From Fibrobacter succinogenes subsp. succinogenes S85 (GTDB taxonomy: Bacteria; Fibrobacterota; Fibrobacteria; Fibrobacterales; Fibrobacteraceae): 32,000 bases of DNA. The position numbers and the translations under genes were made by a program. Position 1 is the first letter of the stretch; the number at the start of each line of letters is the position of its first letter. The stretch lies in NCBI RefSeq assembly GCF_000146505.1, contig NC_017448.1, forward strand, positions 3,720,001-3,752,000, in the 5' to 3' direction. The notes beneath the pieces were generated by a model. It saw only the letters and a list, made by a program, of their open reading frames with translations, ran no database searches and was not told where the DNA came from. Positions 1 to 9,247 of this stretch are shown here, piece after piece.

Positions 1-93
1 TTCCATCAGGCGTTCTTGATTGTGACGCACGATGAAAAGCTTGCTAGTTTTGCAAAACGCCGAGTCGTGATGCATAATGGAGTGATTCAATAG
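1..93 (+). CDS. ABC transporter ATP-binding protein, 3' end only (LolD/MacB/FtsE-like); the gene starts left of the window
   Basis: Frame 1 reads FHQAFLIVTHDEKLASFAKRRVVMHNGVIQ then stop. This is the H-loop (VTHD) and C-terminal tail typical of ABC ATPases. Confidence 0.6.
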   Translation, partial: FHQAFLIVTHDEKLASFAKRRVVMHNGVIQ

Positions 94-104
94 GGACTTG
101 AGCA

Positions 105-249
105 ATGAGGTCGCTCATTTCACTCGCTTTGAGGTCGCCTTGCAAGCAAGGCTTTGAGTGAAATAAAGGAGGCTACGCCTTGACAATTAAAACCTCAAAG
201 GCACGAAGTGCCGTGCTCATAGCCCAGAGCACCGTAGGTGCGACCTCAT
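105..249. other. Block of nested and competing inverted repeats in the ABC-clpC spacer (candidate structured RNA/leader or mosaic repeat)
   Basis: Perfect complementary pairs: 105-114/240-249 (10 bp), 117-125/156-164 (9 bp), 127-135/192-200 (9 bp), 137-142/147-152 (6 bp), 200-204/208-212 (5 bp), 213-218/227-232 (6 bp). CTTTGAG occurs twice (127-133 and 152-158), so CCTCAAAG (193-200) has two mutually exclusive partners. Confidence 0.3.
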
Positions 250-298
250 GCCTATGTTTAGTAACTATCTTTTGAGCGTGATAAGAGAATGAATAGGA

Positions 299-325
299 GA
301 TTCCCGCTCAGCGGCGGGAAAGACA
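299..325 (-). repeat. REP-like palindromic element, copy 1 (reverse orientation)
   Basis: GATTCCCGC-TCAGCG-GCGGGAAAGACA. The reverse complement is TGTCTTTCCCGC..GCGGGAATC. 7-bp stem 301-307/314-320. Same architecture as the copies at 3597, 3636, 6923 and 9217. Confidence 0.5.
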
Positions 326-334
326 AAAGCAAAT

Positions 335-2851
335 ATGGCAGATATCAACGGTATTTTTTCAGCTAAGGCAAAAGCAGCGCTGCAGGCGGCACGTATTGCG
401 GCCCGCAATTTAGGGAGCGACTGCGTAACGGTAGAACACCTTTTGTTTGGTCTTGTTCGCGAGGATTCTGGTGTTGCCTCGGAAACGCTCAAGGCTTTGA
501 AGGTCAACCTGACGGAACTCAGTGAGACCATCCAGCGTGCGCTGAGTACGAACGGCGGCCTCATGACGGTCGGTGGCGATTCTCACGGCGGTCTTTTGAC
601 ATTTACGGGACAGTGCAAGGCGGTGCTTTACAATGCCGCGAAGATTGCCAAGGAAGAAGGCGTCCAGTTCATTGGCCCCGAACACTTGATGCTTGCGATT
701 TTGCAGCAGACCGATTCTCCGGCGGCAGCAACGCTCTCGACGTACAACGTGACGTTTGAAAACTATCAGGAAATGCTGATGCAAATCAAGCGCCAGGCTG
801 ACGGACAGCCGATGGATGAAGGTCAGCCCGAAGATGAACCGCGTGAACGTTATACGCAAACTCGTCAGGCGAATCCGCAGTCCCGTTCCAAGACGCCGAT
901 TCTTGAACATTTCGGTCGTGACCTCACGGCGATGGCTCGCGCAGGCAAGCTCGATCCGATTATCGGCCGTGAAGCAGAAATTGAACGCTTGATCCAGATC
1001 CTTTGCCGTCGCAAAAAGAACAATCCGGCGCTCATTGGCGAACCGGGCGTGGGCAAGACTGCGATTATCGAAGGCCTTGCTCTCAAGATTGTGCAGCGCA
1101 AGATTCCGGACCTCTTGGCGAACAAGCGCGTGGTGACGCTTGACGTTGCCGCCATGGTGGCCGGTACAAAGTATCGTGGCCAGTTCGAAGAACGCGTGAA
1201 GGGCCTCATCATGGAACTCCAGCGCGTGGGCAATTCCGTGATTCTCTTTATCGATGAACTCCACACGATTGTGGGCGCAGGCGGCTCCGAAGGCAGCCTT
1301 GATGCATCAAACATCTTTAAGCCCGCTCTTGCACGTGGCGAACTCCAGTGCATTGGCGCTACGACTTTTGATGAATACCGCAAGTACATCGAGAAGGATC
1401 CGGCTCTTGAACGTCGCTTCCAGACGATTATTGTGAATCCGCCGACGGTCGAAGATTCTATCCAGATTCTCGAAGGTCTCCGCCCGAAGTATGAACAACA
1501 TCACAATGTTCATTACACGCCGGATGCCGTGCGTGCCGCTGTTGAACTTGGTGAACGCTACATCAGCGAACGCTTCTTGCCAGATAAGGCGATTGACGTG
1601 CTTGATGAAGCAGGTGCTCGCGTGCGCCTGAATTCCATCAAGATTCCGCAGGACTTGCAGAACATGGAAGACGAGCTTGGTGTCTGCCTCCAGAAAAAGG
1701 AAGAAGCGGTAGCCAACCAGGATTACACTTCGGCGGCCCAGCTCCGCGCCCGCGAAGAAGAATTGCAGAACAGCATTGCCGAACGCAAAAAGCAGCTGCA
1801 GAGCGAAGAATCCGAAACGCCGGTTGTCGATGACAACGTTATCCGTGACGTCATCAGTAAGATGACGGGAATCCCGGTCCGCAGACTCGGTGGCGAAGAA
1901 GCGCAAAAGCTCATCCACCTCGGCGATGAAATCAAGCAGCGCGTGATTGGCCAGGATCAGGCCGTTGATGCGATTGTGAAGTCTATCCGCCGTAGTCGTG
2001 CAGGCATTCGCAACAACAAGCGCCCTATGGGAAGCTTCCTCTTCTTGGGACCGACGGGTGTCGGCAAGACGGAACTCGCGAAGGTGCTTTGCAAGGAACT
2101 TTTCGGCAGCGAAGATTCGCTTGTGCGTATTGACATGAGCGAATACATGGAAAAGCATAGTGTGAGCCGCTTGATTGGCGCTCCTCCGGGATACGTGGGC
2201 TTTGAAGATGGCGGTGGCCAGCTGAGCGAAAAGGTGCGCAAGCATCCGTATTCTGTGGTGCTGCTTGACGAAATTGAAAAGGCTCATCCGGACATATACA
2301 ACTTGCTCCTCCAGATTTTGGACGATGGCATTTTGACGGATAGCTATGGCCGCAAGATCAACTTCAAGAATACGATTATCATCATGACGAGTAACGCTGG
2401 AGCCCGTGAAGTCCGCCATAGCAGTGGCATGGGCTTTACCAAGATGGGCGAGACGGACGATTACGAACGCATGGAAACCGCCATTCGTGAAGAAGTTAAG
2501 CGCGTGTTCTCGCCGGAATTTTTGAACCGCGTGGACGAACAGATTGTGTTCCGCGCCCTCTCGAAGAAGGACCTCGTTTCTGTCGTGGACATCCAGATGG
2601 GATTCTTGCAGAAGAACCTTTCCGACCGCGGTATCCTCTTGGAAATGAGCCAGGAAGCAAAGGAATTTGTCGTAAACCACAATTACGATGCTTCGCTGGG
2701 GGCACGCCCGATTCGCCGCTCCATCCAGAATCTGGTGGAAGACGAAATCGCCGAAGGGCTTTTGCTCGGGACGATGACGGACTTCTCCACGATTTACGTG
2801 GGCGTTGAAAACGGCAAACTCTCGTTCAAGTGCGAGAAGATAAAATCGTAG
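335..2851 (+). CDS. clpC: ATP-dependent Clp protease ATP-binding subunit ClpC (Hsp100 with two AAA+ modules)
   Basis: 838 aa. Duplicated Clp_N-type N-terminal repeats. Walker A GEPGVGKT (D1) and GPTGVGKT (D2). Short UVR-like middle region (DYTSAAQLRAREEELQ) rather than the long ClpB coiled coil. A GMGF tripeptide fits a ClpP-docking loop. Confidence 0.93.
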   Translation: MADINGIFSAKAKAALQAARIAARNLGSDCVTVEHLLFGLVREDSGVASETLKALKVNLTELSETIQRALSTNGGLMTVGGDSHGGLLTFTGQCKAVLYNAAKIAKEEGVQFIGPEHLMLAILQQTDSPAAATLSTYNVTFENYQEMLMQIKRQADGQPMDEGQPEDEPRERYTQTRQANPQSRSKTPILEHFGRDLTAMARAGKLDPIIGREAEIERLIQILCRRKKNNPALIGEPGVGKTAIIEGLALKIVQRKIPDLLANKRVVTLDVAAMVAGTKYRGQFEERVKGLIMELQRVGNSVILFIDELHTIVGAGGSEGSLDASNIFKPALARGELQCIGATTFDEYRKYIEKDPALERRFQTIIVNPPTVEDSIQILEGLRPKYEQHHNVHYTPDAVRAAVELGERYISERFLPDKAIDVLDEAGARVRLNSIKIPQDLQNMEDELGVCLQKKEEAVANQDYTSAAQLRAREEELQNSIAERKKQLQSEESETPVVDDNVIRDVISKMTGIPVRRLGGEEAQKLIHLGDEIKQRVIGQDQAVDAIVKSIRRSRAGIRNNKRPMGSFLFLGPTGVGKTELAKVLCKELFGSEDSLVRIDMSEYMEKHSVSRLIGAPPGYVGFEDGGGQLSEKVRKHPYSVVLLDEIEKAHPDIYNLLLQILDDGILTDSYGRKINFKNTIIIMTSNAGAREVRHSSGMGFTKMGETDDYERMETAIREEVKRVFSPEFLNRVDEQIVFRALSKKDLVSVVDIQMGFLQKNLSDRGILLEMSQEAKEFVVNHNYDASLGARPIRRSIQNLVEDEIAEGLLLGTMTDFSTIYVGVENGKLSFKCEKIKS

Positions 2852-2859
2852 CCTACTTC

Positions 2860-2887
2860 TTTCGTCTCTCGTCTTTCGTCTTTCGTC
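2860..2887 (+). repeat. Four tandem heptamers TYTCGTC directly abutting the adk promoter motif
   Basis: tttcgtc|tctcgtc|tttcgtc|tttcgtc read directly. A homologous array lies upstream of leuB on the other strand (8092-8119). Confidence 0.7.
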
Positions 2888-2903
2888 TAAATAGCTATAT
2901 TTG
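2888..2903 (+). promoter_or_regulatory. Putative FCB-type promoter, TAAATAGC-TATATTTG (-7 motif TAnnTTTG) for adk
   Basis: TATATTTG at 2896-2903 matches the Bacteroidota/FCB sigma-A -7 consensus TAnnTTTG, 35 nt before the adk ATG. The extended TAAATAG-NN-TAnATTTG motif recurs at 3767, 8075(-) and 9892(-). Confidence 0.45.
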
Positions 2904-2938
2904 TCGCGAAAATTAACAATCAACCTATGAGGTTATAA

Positions 2939-3535
2939 ATGTCTCAGATTTCTGCAGTTCTTATCTTCGGTGCACCGGGTTCTGGCAAGGGTACTGTGGG
3001 CGCAAAGCTCGCCGCTACGACCGCTCTCAAGCACCTCTCCACGGGCGACATCTTCCGTGGCATCGCTCCGTCTAGCGAATCCGGCAAGCTCCTTGCTTCT
3101 TACTCCAGCAAGGGCCTCCTCGTCCCGGACGAAGCTACCGTTGAAATCTTCGGCCGCTTTGTTGAAGGTCTCGTGAACACGAACAAGCTCAACCCGGAAA
3201 AGGACACCCTCCTCCTCGATGGTATTCCTCGCACGGTTGCCCAGGTCGATCTCATCAAGCCGATCGTTGACGTGAAGCACATCTTCGTTCTCGACATCAA
3301 GGACGAAGCTACTATCGTTGCCCGCCTCCTCAACCGCGCCAAGATCGAAGGCCGTAAGGACGACGCTGACGAAAACGTCATCAAGAACCGTCTCAAGGTT
3401 TACAAGGAATCCACCGCTAAGGTTCTCGAAAAGTACGATCCGAAGATCATCAGCCACATCGTTGGCGACAACACTCCGGACGAAGTCTTCCTCGACGTGC
3501 TCAAGGCATACGTGGACTTCACGAAGAACGCTTAA
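2939..3535 (+). CDS. adk: Adenylate kinase (short-LID type)
   Basis: 198 aa. P-loop GAPGSGKGT. NMP-binding STGDIFRG. Short LID segment without Zn-binding cysteines (RLLNRAKIEGRKDDADENVIKNRLKVY). Confidence 0.85.
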   Translation: MSQISAVLIFGAPGSGKGTVGAKLAATTALKHLSTGDIFRGIAPSSESGKLLASYSSKGLLVPDEATVEIFGRFVEGLVNTNKLNPEKDTLLLDGIPRTVAQVDLIKPIVDVKHIFVLDIKDEATIVARLLNRAKIEGRKDDADENVIKNRLKVYKESTAKVLEKYDPKIISHIVGDNTPDEVFLDVLKAYVDFTKNA

Positions 3536-3562
3536 TTCGTTCGCTGAACTTTATTCAGAATG

Positions 3563-3592
3563 CACCTTGCCTCGCGGCAGGGTGTTTTTTTT
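3563..3592 (+). terminator. Rho-independent terminator downstream of adk
   Basis: Stem CACCTTGCC / GGCAGGGTG (one G-U pair) with loop TCGC, followed by T8 (3585-3592). Confidence 0.75.
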
Positions 3593-3596
3593 GAAC

Positions 3597-3623
3597 TGTC
3601 ATGCCCGCCACCGAGCGGGCATC
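3597..3623 (+). repeat. REP-like palindromic element, copy 2
   Basis: TGTCATGCCCGC-CACCGA-GCGGGCATC, 8-bp perfect stem. Confidence 0.6.
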
Positions 3624-3635
3624 CCCTCTTTTGCT

Positions 3636-3661
3636 TGTCATCCCCGACTTGTTCGGGGATC
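3636..3661 (+). repeat. REP-like palindromic element, copy 3
   Basis: TGTCATCCCCGA-CTTGT-TCGGGGATC, 8-bp perfect stem, 12 nt after copy 2. Confidence 0.6.
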
Positions 3662-3766
3662 GGTTTCTTGTATTTCAAAAGCTTTATACTGTGTCATATA
3701 CGAAAAAATTTTATTTTTGACATTGATTTTTGACTAAAAACGCGTGTTTTGTGTCATAGAAACCTG

Positions 3767-3783
3767 TAAATAGGGTATATTTG
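3767..3783 (+). promoter_or_regulatory. Putative promoter TAAATAGGGTATATTTG for the TIGR02147 gene (near-leaderless spacing)
   Basis: TATATTTG at 3776-3783 lies only 5 nt before the ATG at 3789. Same extended motif as the adk, leuB and ruvA upstream regions. Confidence 0.4.
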
Positions 3784-3788
3784 GTAAC

Positions 3789-4622
3789 ATGAAACCGATA
3801 ATAGAATATAAAGATTACCATCCCTTGATCAAGGATTTCTACGAAGATCAAAAGCGGACTTCGTATTTCTCCTGGCGGGAATTTGCGAAACTCGCGGGGT
3901 TTTCTTCACCGACTTACTTGCGACTTGTGAGCGAAGGCAAGAGCAATTTGAGCCGAGTGTCGATGAACCGCATGATTTCGGCAATGGGGCTTGCGGGTTT
4001 TGAAGCAAACTACTTTATTGCTCTCGTCAATTTTTGCAATGCCAAGGACGATGAAGCTAAAAAGCCGTATTGGAAAGAAATGCGCCAAATTGCGCTTGAA
4101 TTTAAAGTACGCGTCGTCGATAAGGAGGCTGTTGAATATTTCGATGGCTGGAAAAATCAGGTCGTTCGCGAACTTGCACCGATGATGAGTGGGGCCACCC
4201 CAGGGCAGATGGCGAAAACGTGCTGCAACGAAATCTCCGCTGCCGAAGTCAGCAAGTCGCTAGAGTTCCTGACGAAAGCGGGATTCCTGAAAAAAAGTGC
4301 GGACGGCTCGTATCGACAGACCGAAAAGAACGTGACCGCGTCAAAGGAAGGCATGGCCTATGCCGTACACTCGATGCAACGCCAAATGTTGCGACTTGCC
4401 AGTGAATCTATCGAACGCTTTGAACCGCAAGAGCGTAGCGTGTCAAGCGTGACCCTTACGGTCAATCGCGAATGTTACGAACGTATTGCACAAGAAATCG
4501 ATGCGTTCCGCAAAAAGATTGCCGCAATGGCTTCGGAAACAGAAGATGCCGATCAAATCTATCATTTGAATATGCAACTGTTCCCGCTAACTTGGAAATT
4601 AAAAAAAGATGAGGTGGCTTAG
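3789..4622 (+). CDS. TIGR02147/DUF4423-family protein (putative HTH regulator; a family expanded in Fibrobacter)
   Basis: 277 aa. The N-terminus YKDYHPLIKDFYEDQKRTSYFSWREFAKLAGFSSPTYLRLVSEGKSNLS matches my recollection of the family signature (DYR.FLKDYY...FS.R.FA.KAGFSSP..L.LV..GKRNLS). Confidence 0.7.
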   Translation: MKPIIEYKDYHPLIKDFYEDQKRTSYFSWREFAKLAGFSSPTYLRLVSEGKSNLSRVSMNRMISAMGLAGFEANYFIALVNFCNAKDDEAKKPYWKEMRQIALEFKVRVVDKEAVEYFDGWKNQVVRELAPMMSGATPGQMAKTCCNEISAAEVSKSLEFLTKAGFLKKSADGSYRQTEKNVTASKEGMAYAVHSMQRQMLRLASESIERFEPQERSVSSVTLTVNRECYERIAQEIDAFRKKIAAMASETEDADQIYHLNMQLFPLTWKLKKDEVA

Positions 4623-4623
4623 T

Positions 4624-5934
4624 ATGAAAAAGCTTTATAGTTTGTTTGCTCTCGGTGCTCTTTTGTTTGCCGCATGCTCCGATAACGCTTCTCCAGTTTC
4701 GGGCTCGACGAGCGTTCCGAACATGGGAAATAATGTAATGCCAAACACGCCTGTGCTGTGCAGCGTGATGGGCGTGACGGATTCCTTGGAAGCCATTGAA
4801 AAAGGCTGCATATGGTCTCCTGAAATGTGGGGCCCGACAACGGGCTATCGCGTGCGTACTGGTTATGATAATGGGACGAATACTTCGGGTATTTGGACGG
4901 TGAAAACATATCCTGAAGATGCTCATATTGTTATGAAATGGCCTGGGAACGCAACTACAGAATATGATTCGATGGCGCTTGCCGACGTGATTGATAGTTG
5001 TGGCGGTAGTTTGTGCGGAACAGCGCTGTTTATGGGAACAAATGATATTCCTAATAGTGATTATTATCGTAAAAATCAACGTAGAGAACTTCATTTTGAA
5101 TTTTATCTTGCCGGTAAAGATGCATCCGGAAAGTTTGAAAGTGTTGATGCTCGCGATATGGGCGGCATTTGCATTTCGTATTCGGGTCACTTTTACTTGT
5201 TGCAACTTATCCCTGATGATTCGCTTGCTGCACTGATGGATGCCACTGTTTACGATGATTATATATGCGGTATGGGAACTGTTTCTAAGACAGATACAAG
5301 TGTTAGGGAACTATGCTTTTCATGGGACAATTTTACATTTAATGCAAGTCATGGCCGGGTTCCTGGAAAAATTTATCCATCGAATTATGATGTCGTTTCC
5401 CATTTAAAGGGTTTCCGTTTTGTGCTTGATGGATATTTTTATAAAGAAGGTTTTGAAAAGGATTTTAAGATTGCAGGGATAAGTCGCTATAATACGCCTA
5501 GAGTTCCTACAAACAACCTTCATCCAGTCAGAACGGATTGTGAACCCGTTTCTGTGATGAGTTCCGTCTGTGAATGTGATTATGCAGATGATAGAATAGA
5601 TGTTTTAAAAGGAGATAGTGTTTTCAGCAGTTATTATTACTTAATGCAAAATCTTGGCGATGGTGTTGATTCCCTTTCCGAACCAGCGAAGGCTTGTTTT
5701 GAAAGCACAACACAAGAATTGGTTGCTTTCTTTGACAAGAAAATGTCCATAAGGGAAAAGCCTTGCGACAACCCGATTCCTCATGAGGTTATGTGTACTG
5801 ACGGTACGACAAGTGAAACGCTTGAGTATACTGAATTCATGGCAGAATTCAATGATAGGCTTGCAATGTCCTACCAGGATGCTAGCGCAATCGCTGATTC
5901 TCTATATGCTCATTGCATGTCGTTAAATAATTGA
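4624..5934 (+). CDS. Lipoprotein, function unknown (Cys-rich)
   Basis: ATG at 4624 is 1 nt after the upstream stop, with GAGGTGG 7 nt upstream. Signal peptide plus lipobox MKKLYSLFALGALLFAAC. No recognisable catalytic motif. The track start at 4609 is less likely. Confidence 0.75.
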   Translation: MKKLYSLFALGALLFAACSDNASPVSGSTSVPNMGNNVMPNTPVLCSVMGVTDSLEAIEKGCIWSPEMWGPTTGYRVRTGYDNGTNTSGIWTVKTYPEDAHIVMKWPGNATTEYDSMALADVIDSCGGSLCGTALFMGTNDIPNSDYYRKNQRRELHFEFYLAGKDASGKFESVDARDMGGICISYSGHFYLLQLIPDDSLAALMDATVYDDYICGMGTVSKTDTSVRELCFSWDNFTFNASHGRVPGKIYPSNYDVVSHLKGFRFVLDGYFYKEGFEKDFKIAGISRYNTPRVPTNNLHPVRTDCEPVSVMSSVCECDYADDRIDVLKGDSVFSSYYYLMQNLGDGVDSLSEPAKACFESTTQELVAFFDKKMSIREKPCDNPIPHEVMCTDGTTSETLEYTEFMAEFNDRLAMSYQDASAIADSLYAHCMSLNN

Positions 5935-5971
5935 ATCGTAATTGAATCATAAAAACGAGTTGGGGTGAAAT

Positions 5972-6850
5972 ATGAAGGTTTCTAAAATTGCTTATGCCAT
6001 GTTGGTGGCTGTAACGTTGACTGCTTGCTCGGATGTCGGTGATTTGGTGACGGATCCTGCCCTGAGTGAACAAGATAATCGCGTAGCTCTTGACAATATC
6101 ACGGTCGAAGGCCATGCCTCGCATCTATCTGCATCGACCGCAACAAATTCAACGATGTTGCGACGTGTGGCGGATGCGGGTACCATGGTAAGGATGGCGG
6201 AACTGGATTCCGTTACCTTGGATACAACGGGAGTGGTGTTCTATAGTCGCTGCGATGGCTCTACGGGTGAGTTTGCGTTTGACCATGTCTCACTTCGTGG
6301 CCCGTATGTGAAAATTGAACTCGCTCCGTATGCGGAAAGCGAATCTTGGCAATGGAACGGTTCCTGGTCTTTTGATTTGTATGATCACGAAAGAGACCGC
6401 TTTGTAGCGACGTATAGCGTGATTGTTGATTTGAGAAAGTCAAGGACCGTTGATATAAACGCGATGACGTTTTTGGAAACTTTTCGTTTGCACCGTTTAG
6501 TCCGCTCGGGTCGCAGTTTGGCCGATGCCAAGGAACGTGCCGATAAAGAAATCATGAGTGCAGTTGGGCTTTCTGGCGAAACTTTTGATTTTGACAAAAG
6601 AGAATATGTTCGTAATCAAGACCACCAAATTGTCAATAACCTGCTAGAGAATTTGATTATTGAGTGGTCGTCCTATGCATCGCCATTGCAGGTTGCAAAT
6701 GCGTTTGGCAACAAGGGCACGCTTTCAACGGAGAATCCGATTAGGGAATTCTTTGTTGATGAACTAAACGTGTGGAAAGAACAATATCCTGATAGCGACA
6801 GCGCCATTGATTATATAAACAGGTTTATAGACGCTCTTCAAGTAAAGTAA
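5972..6850 (+). CDS. Lipoprotein, function unknown
   Basis: 292 aa. MKVSKIAYAMLVAVTLTAC lipobox. No recognisable domain. Confidence 0.75.
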   Translation: MKVSKIAYAMLVAVTLTACSDVGDLVTDPALSEQDNRVALDNITVEGHASHLSASTATNSTMLRRVADAGTMVRMAELDSVTLDTTGVVFYSRCDGSTGEFAFDHVSLRGPYVKIELAPYAESESWQWNGSWSFDLYDHERDRFVATYSVIVDLRKSRTVDINAMTFLETFRLHRLVRSGRSLADAKERADKEIMSAVGLSGETFDFDKREYVRNQDHQIVNNLLENLIIEWSSYASPLQVANAFGNKGTLSTENPIREFFVDELNVWKEQYPDSDSAIDYINRFIDALQVK

Positions 6851-6873
6851 AAAACGATAGGAATGTAAGGAGA

Positions 6874-6909
6874 GAAAAAAAGCGGCCGGAGAAATCCGGT
6901 CGCTTTTCC
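6874..6909. terminator. Bidirectional intrinsic terminator between the lipoprotein gene (+) and leuB (-)
   Basis: A-run, then AGCGGCCGGA-GAAA-TCCGGTCGCT (10-bp stem, one mismatch), then TTTT. Confidence 0.65.
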
Positions 6910-6922
6910 TTTAAAGAAGGGA

Positions 6923-6948
6923 GATTCCCGGTCAAGCCGGGAATGACA
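6923..6948 (-). repeat. REP-like palindromic element, copy 4 (reverse orientation)
   Basis: GATTCCCGG-TCAAG-CCGGGAATGACA. The reverse complement is TGTCATTCCCGG..CCGGGAATC, 8-bp stem. Confidence 0.6.
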
Positions 6949-6954
6949 ATGTCA

Positions 6955-8091
<1,137 letters not shown>

Positions 8092-8119
8092 GACTAGAGA
8101 GTAGAGACGAGAGACGAGA
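8092..8119 (-). repeat. Four tandem heptamers (TCTCGTC TCTCGTC TCTACTC TCTAGTC) abutting the leuB promoter motif
   Basis: Read on the minus strand. Same register and position relative to TAAATAGCTA as the adk array. Confidence 0.7.
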
Positions 8120-8165
8120 GATTTGTTGAAATTTTAGCAGTTGCTGATTGAATCTCGCTTAGTCT

Positions 8166-9203
8166 TTACAGCTCAAGTTCCGTCTGTTCGCTGAACAGAG
8201 ACTTAGGAAGCGGCTTGTGGAGCATCCTGTACGCATTCAGCGTGGCGATGCGGCCGCGCGGTGTGCGTGAAATAAGCCCCTTCTGGAGCAGGTACGGCTC
8301 GTAGACTTCTTCAAGCGTATCCGGTTCTTCGCCCATGGCGGCGCTGATGGTGCCAAGTCCCACAGGTCCGCCATTGAACTTGTCTATCATCATGGCGAGA
8401 ATCTTGCGGTCGGTCGGGTCGAGACCCTCGCTGTCGATGCCGAGCATTTCGAGCGTCTTGAGCGCTGCTCGTTCGTCGATGACTCCCGTTCCGCGCACCT
8501 GTGCCACGTCTCGGCATCGCCTGAGCACGCGGTTCGCCACTCGTGGCGTCCCGCGGCACCGCCCGCCAAGAATCTTGGCCGCTTCTTCCGAGAGTTCTAC
8601 ACCTAAAATGCGTGCGCTACGCATTAAAATCTTGACAATATCTTTTTCGTTGTACAGTTCCAGGCGGTACTGCAGCCCGAAACGGTCACGGAGCGGCCCG
8701 GTCAAAAGCCCGCTGCGGGTGGTGGCGCCTACGAGCGTAAAATGCTTGAGGGGGAGGTTCACGCTTCTTGCTGCTGGTCCGGAATCCAGCATGATGTCGA
8801 GGCGAAAATCTTCCATAGCGGGGTAGAGGTACTCTTCGACCACGCGGTTCAATCGGTGGATCTCGTCGATAAACAAGATGTCGTTCTCTTGTAGGCTTGT
8901 GAGGAGTCCTGCAAGGTCGCTTGCTTTTTCGAGCACGGGGCCGCTTGTGATATGGATGTTGACGCCCATCTCCTTGGCGATAATGCTCGAAAGCGTTGTC
9001 TTGCCGAGTCCCGGAGGGCCTGCAAACAAGCAATGGTCAAGCGCATCGCCGCGCTGTTTGGCCGCTTCAATGGCGATAGAAAGGCTTTCCTTGATGTCGT
9101 CTTGGCCTGTAAATTCGCTCAAACTAGGCGGTCGCAAGTTGCGGTCGGTATCGCCCTCGTCAAAAGAACACTTCTGCGGTGAAATTATACGCTGATCTTC
9201 CAT
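8166..9203 (-). CDS. ruvB: Holliday junction branch migration DNA helicase RuvB
   Basis: 345 aa. LRP..L.EF.GQ, Walker A GPPGLGKTT, Walker B DEIHRL and the RGTPR motif. Confidence 0.95.
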   Translation of the reverse strand: MEDQRIISPQKCSFDEGDTDRNLRPPSLSEFTGQDDIKESLSIAIEAAKQRGDALDHCLFAGPPGLGKTTLSSIIAKEMGVNIHITSGPVLEKASDLAGLLTSLQENDILFIDEIHRLNRVVEEYLYPAMEDFRLDIMLDSGPAARSVNLPLKHFTLVGATTRSGLLTGPLRDRFGLQYRLELYNEKDIVKILMRSARILGVELSEEAAKILGGRCRGTPRVANRVLRRCRDVAQVRGTGVIDERAALKTLEMLGIDSEGLDPTDRKILAMMIDKFNGGPVGLGTISAAMGEEPDTLEEVYEPYLLQKGLISRTPRGRIATLNAYRMLHKPLPKSLFSEQTELEL

Positions 9204-9216
9204 ATTATACCTGCGT

Positions 9217-9242
9217 TGTCACCCGGCCTTCGTGCCGGGGTC
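9217..9242 (+). repeat. REP-like palindromic element, copy 5, in the ruvA-ruvB spacer
   Basis: TGTCACCCGGC-CTTCGT-GCCGGGGTC, 6-bp stem. Confidence 0.5.
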
Positions 9243-9247
9243 GCCTT

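Noticed and set aside
2860-2887. Tandem heptamers as a possible CRISPR or minisatellite array
   Set aside because: The repeat unit is only 7 bp with no spacers, and there are only four copies. I treat it as a promoter-associated simple repeat rather than CRISPR.
410-2923. Long antisense ORFs opposite clpC (410-1264, 865-1389, 1307-2923)
   Set aside because: They lie entirely within a well-supported clpC frame in GC-rich DNA. Their translations are low-complexity (R/A/L/F rich) with no motifs. These are typical shadow ORFs.
3318-3737. 139-aa ORF spanning the adk 3' end, the terminator and the REP hairpins
   Set aside because: It runs through an intrinsic terminator and two palindromic repeats, and its composition is S/T/R-rich. 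It is not credible as a gene.
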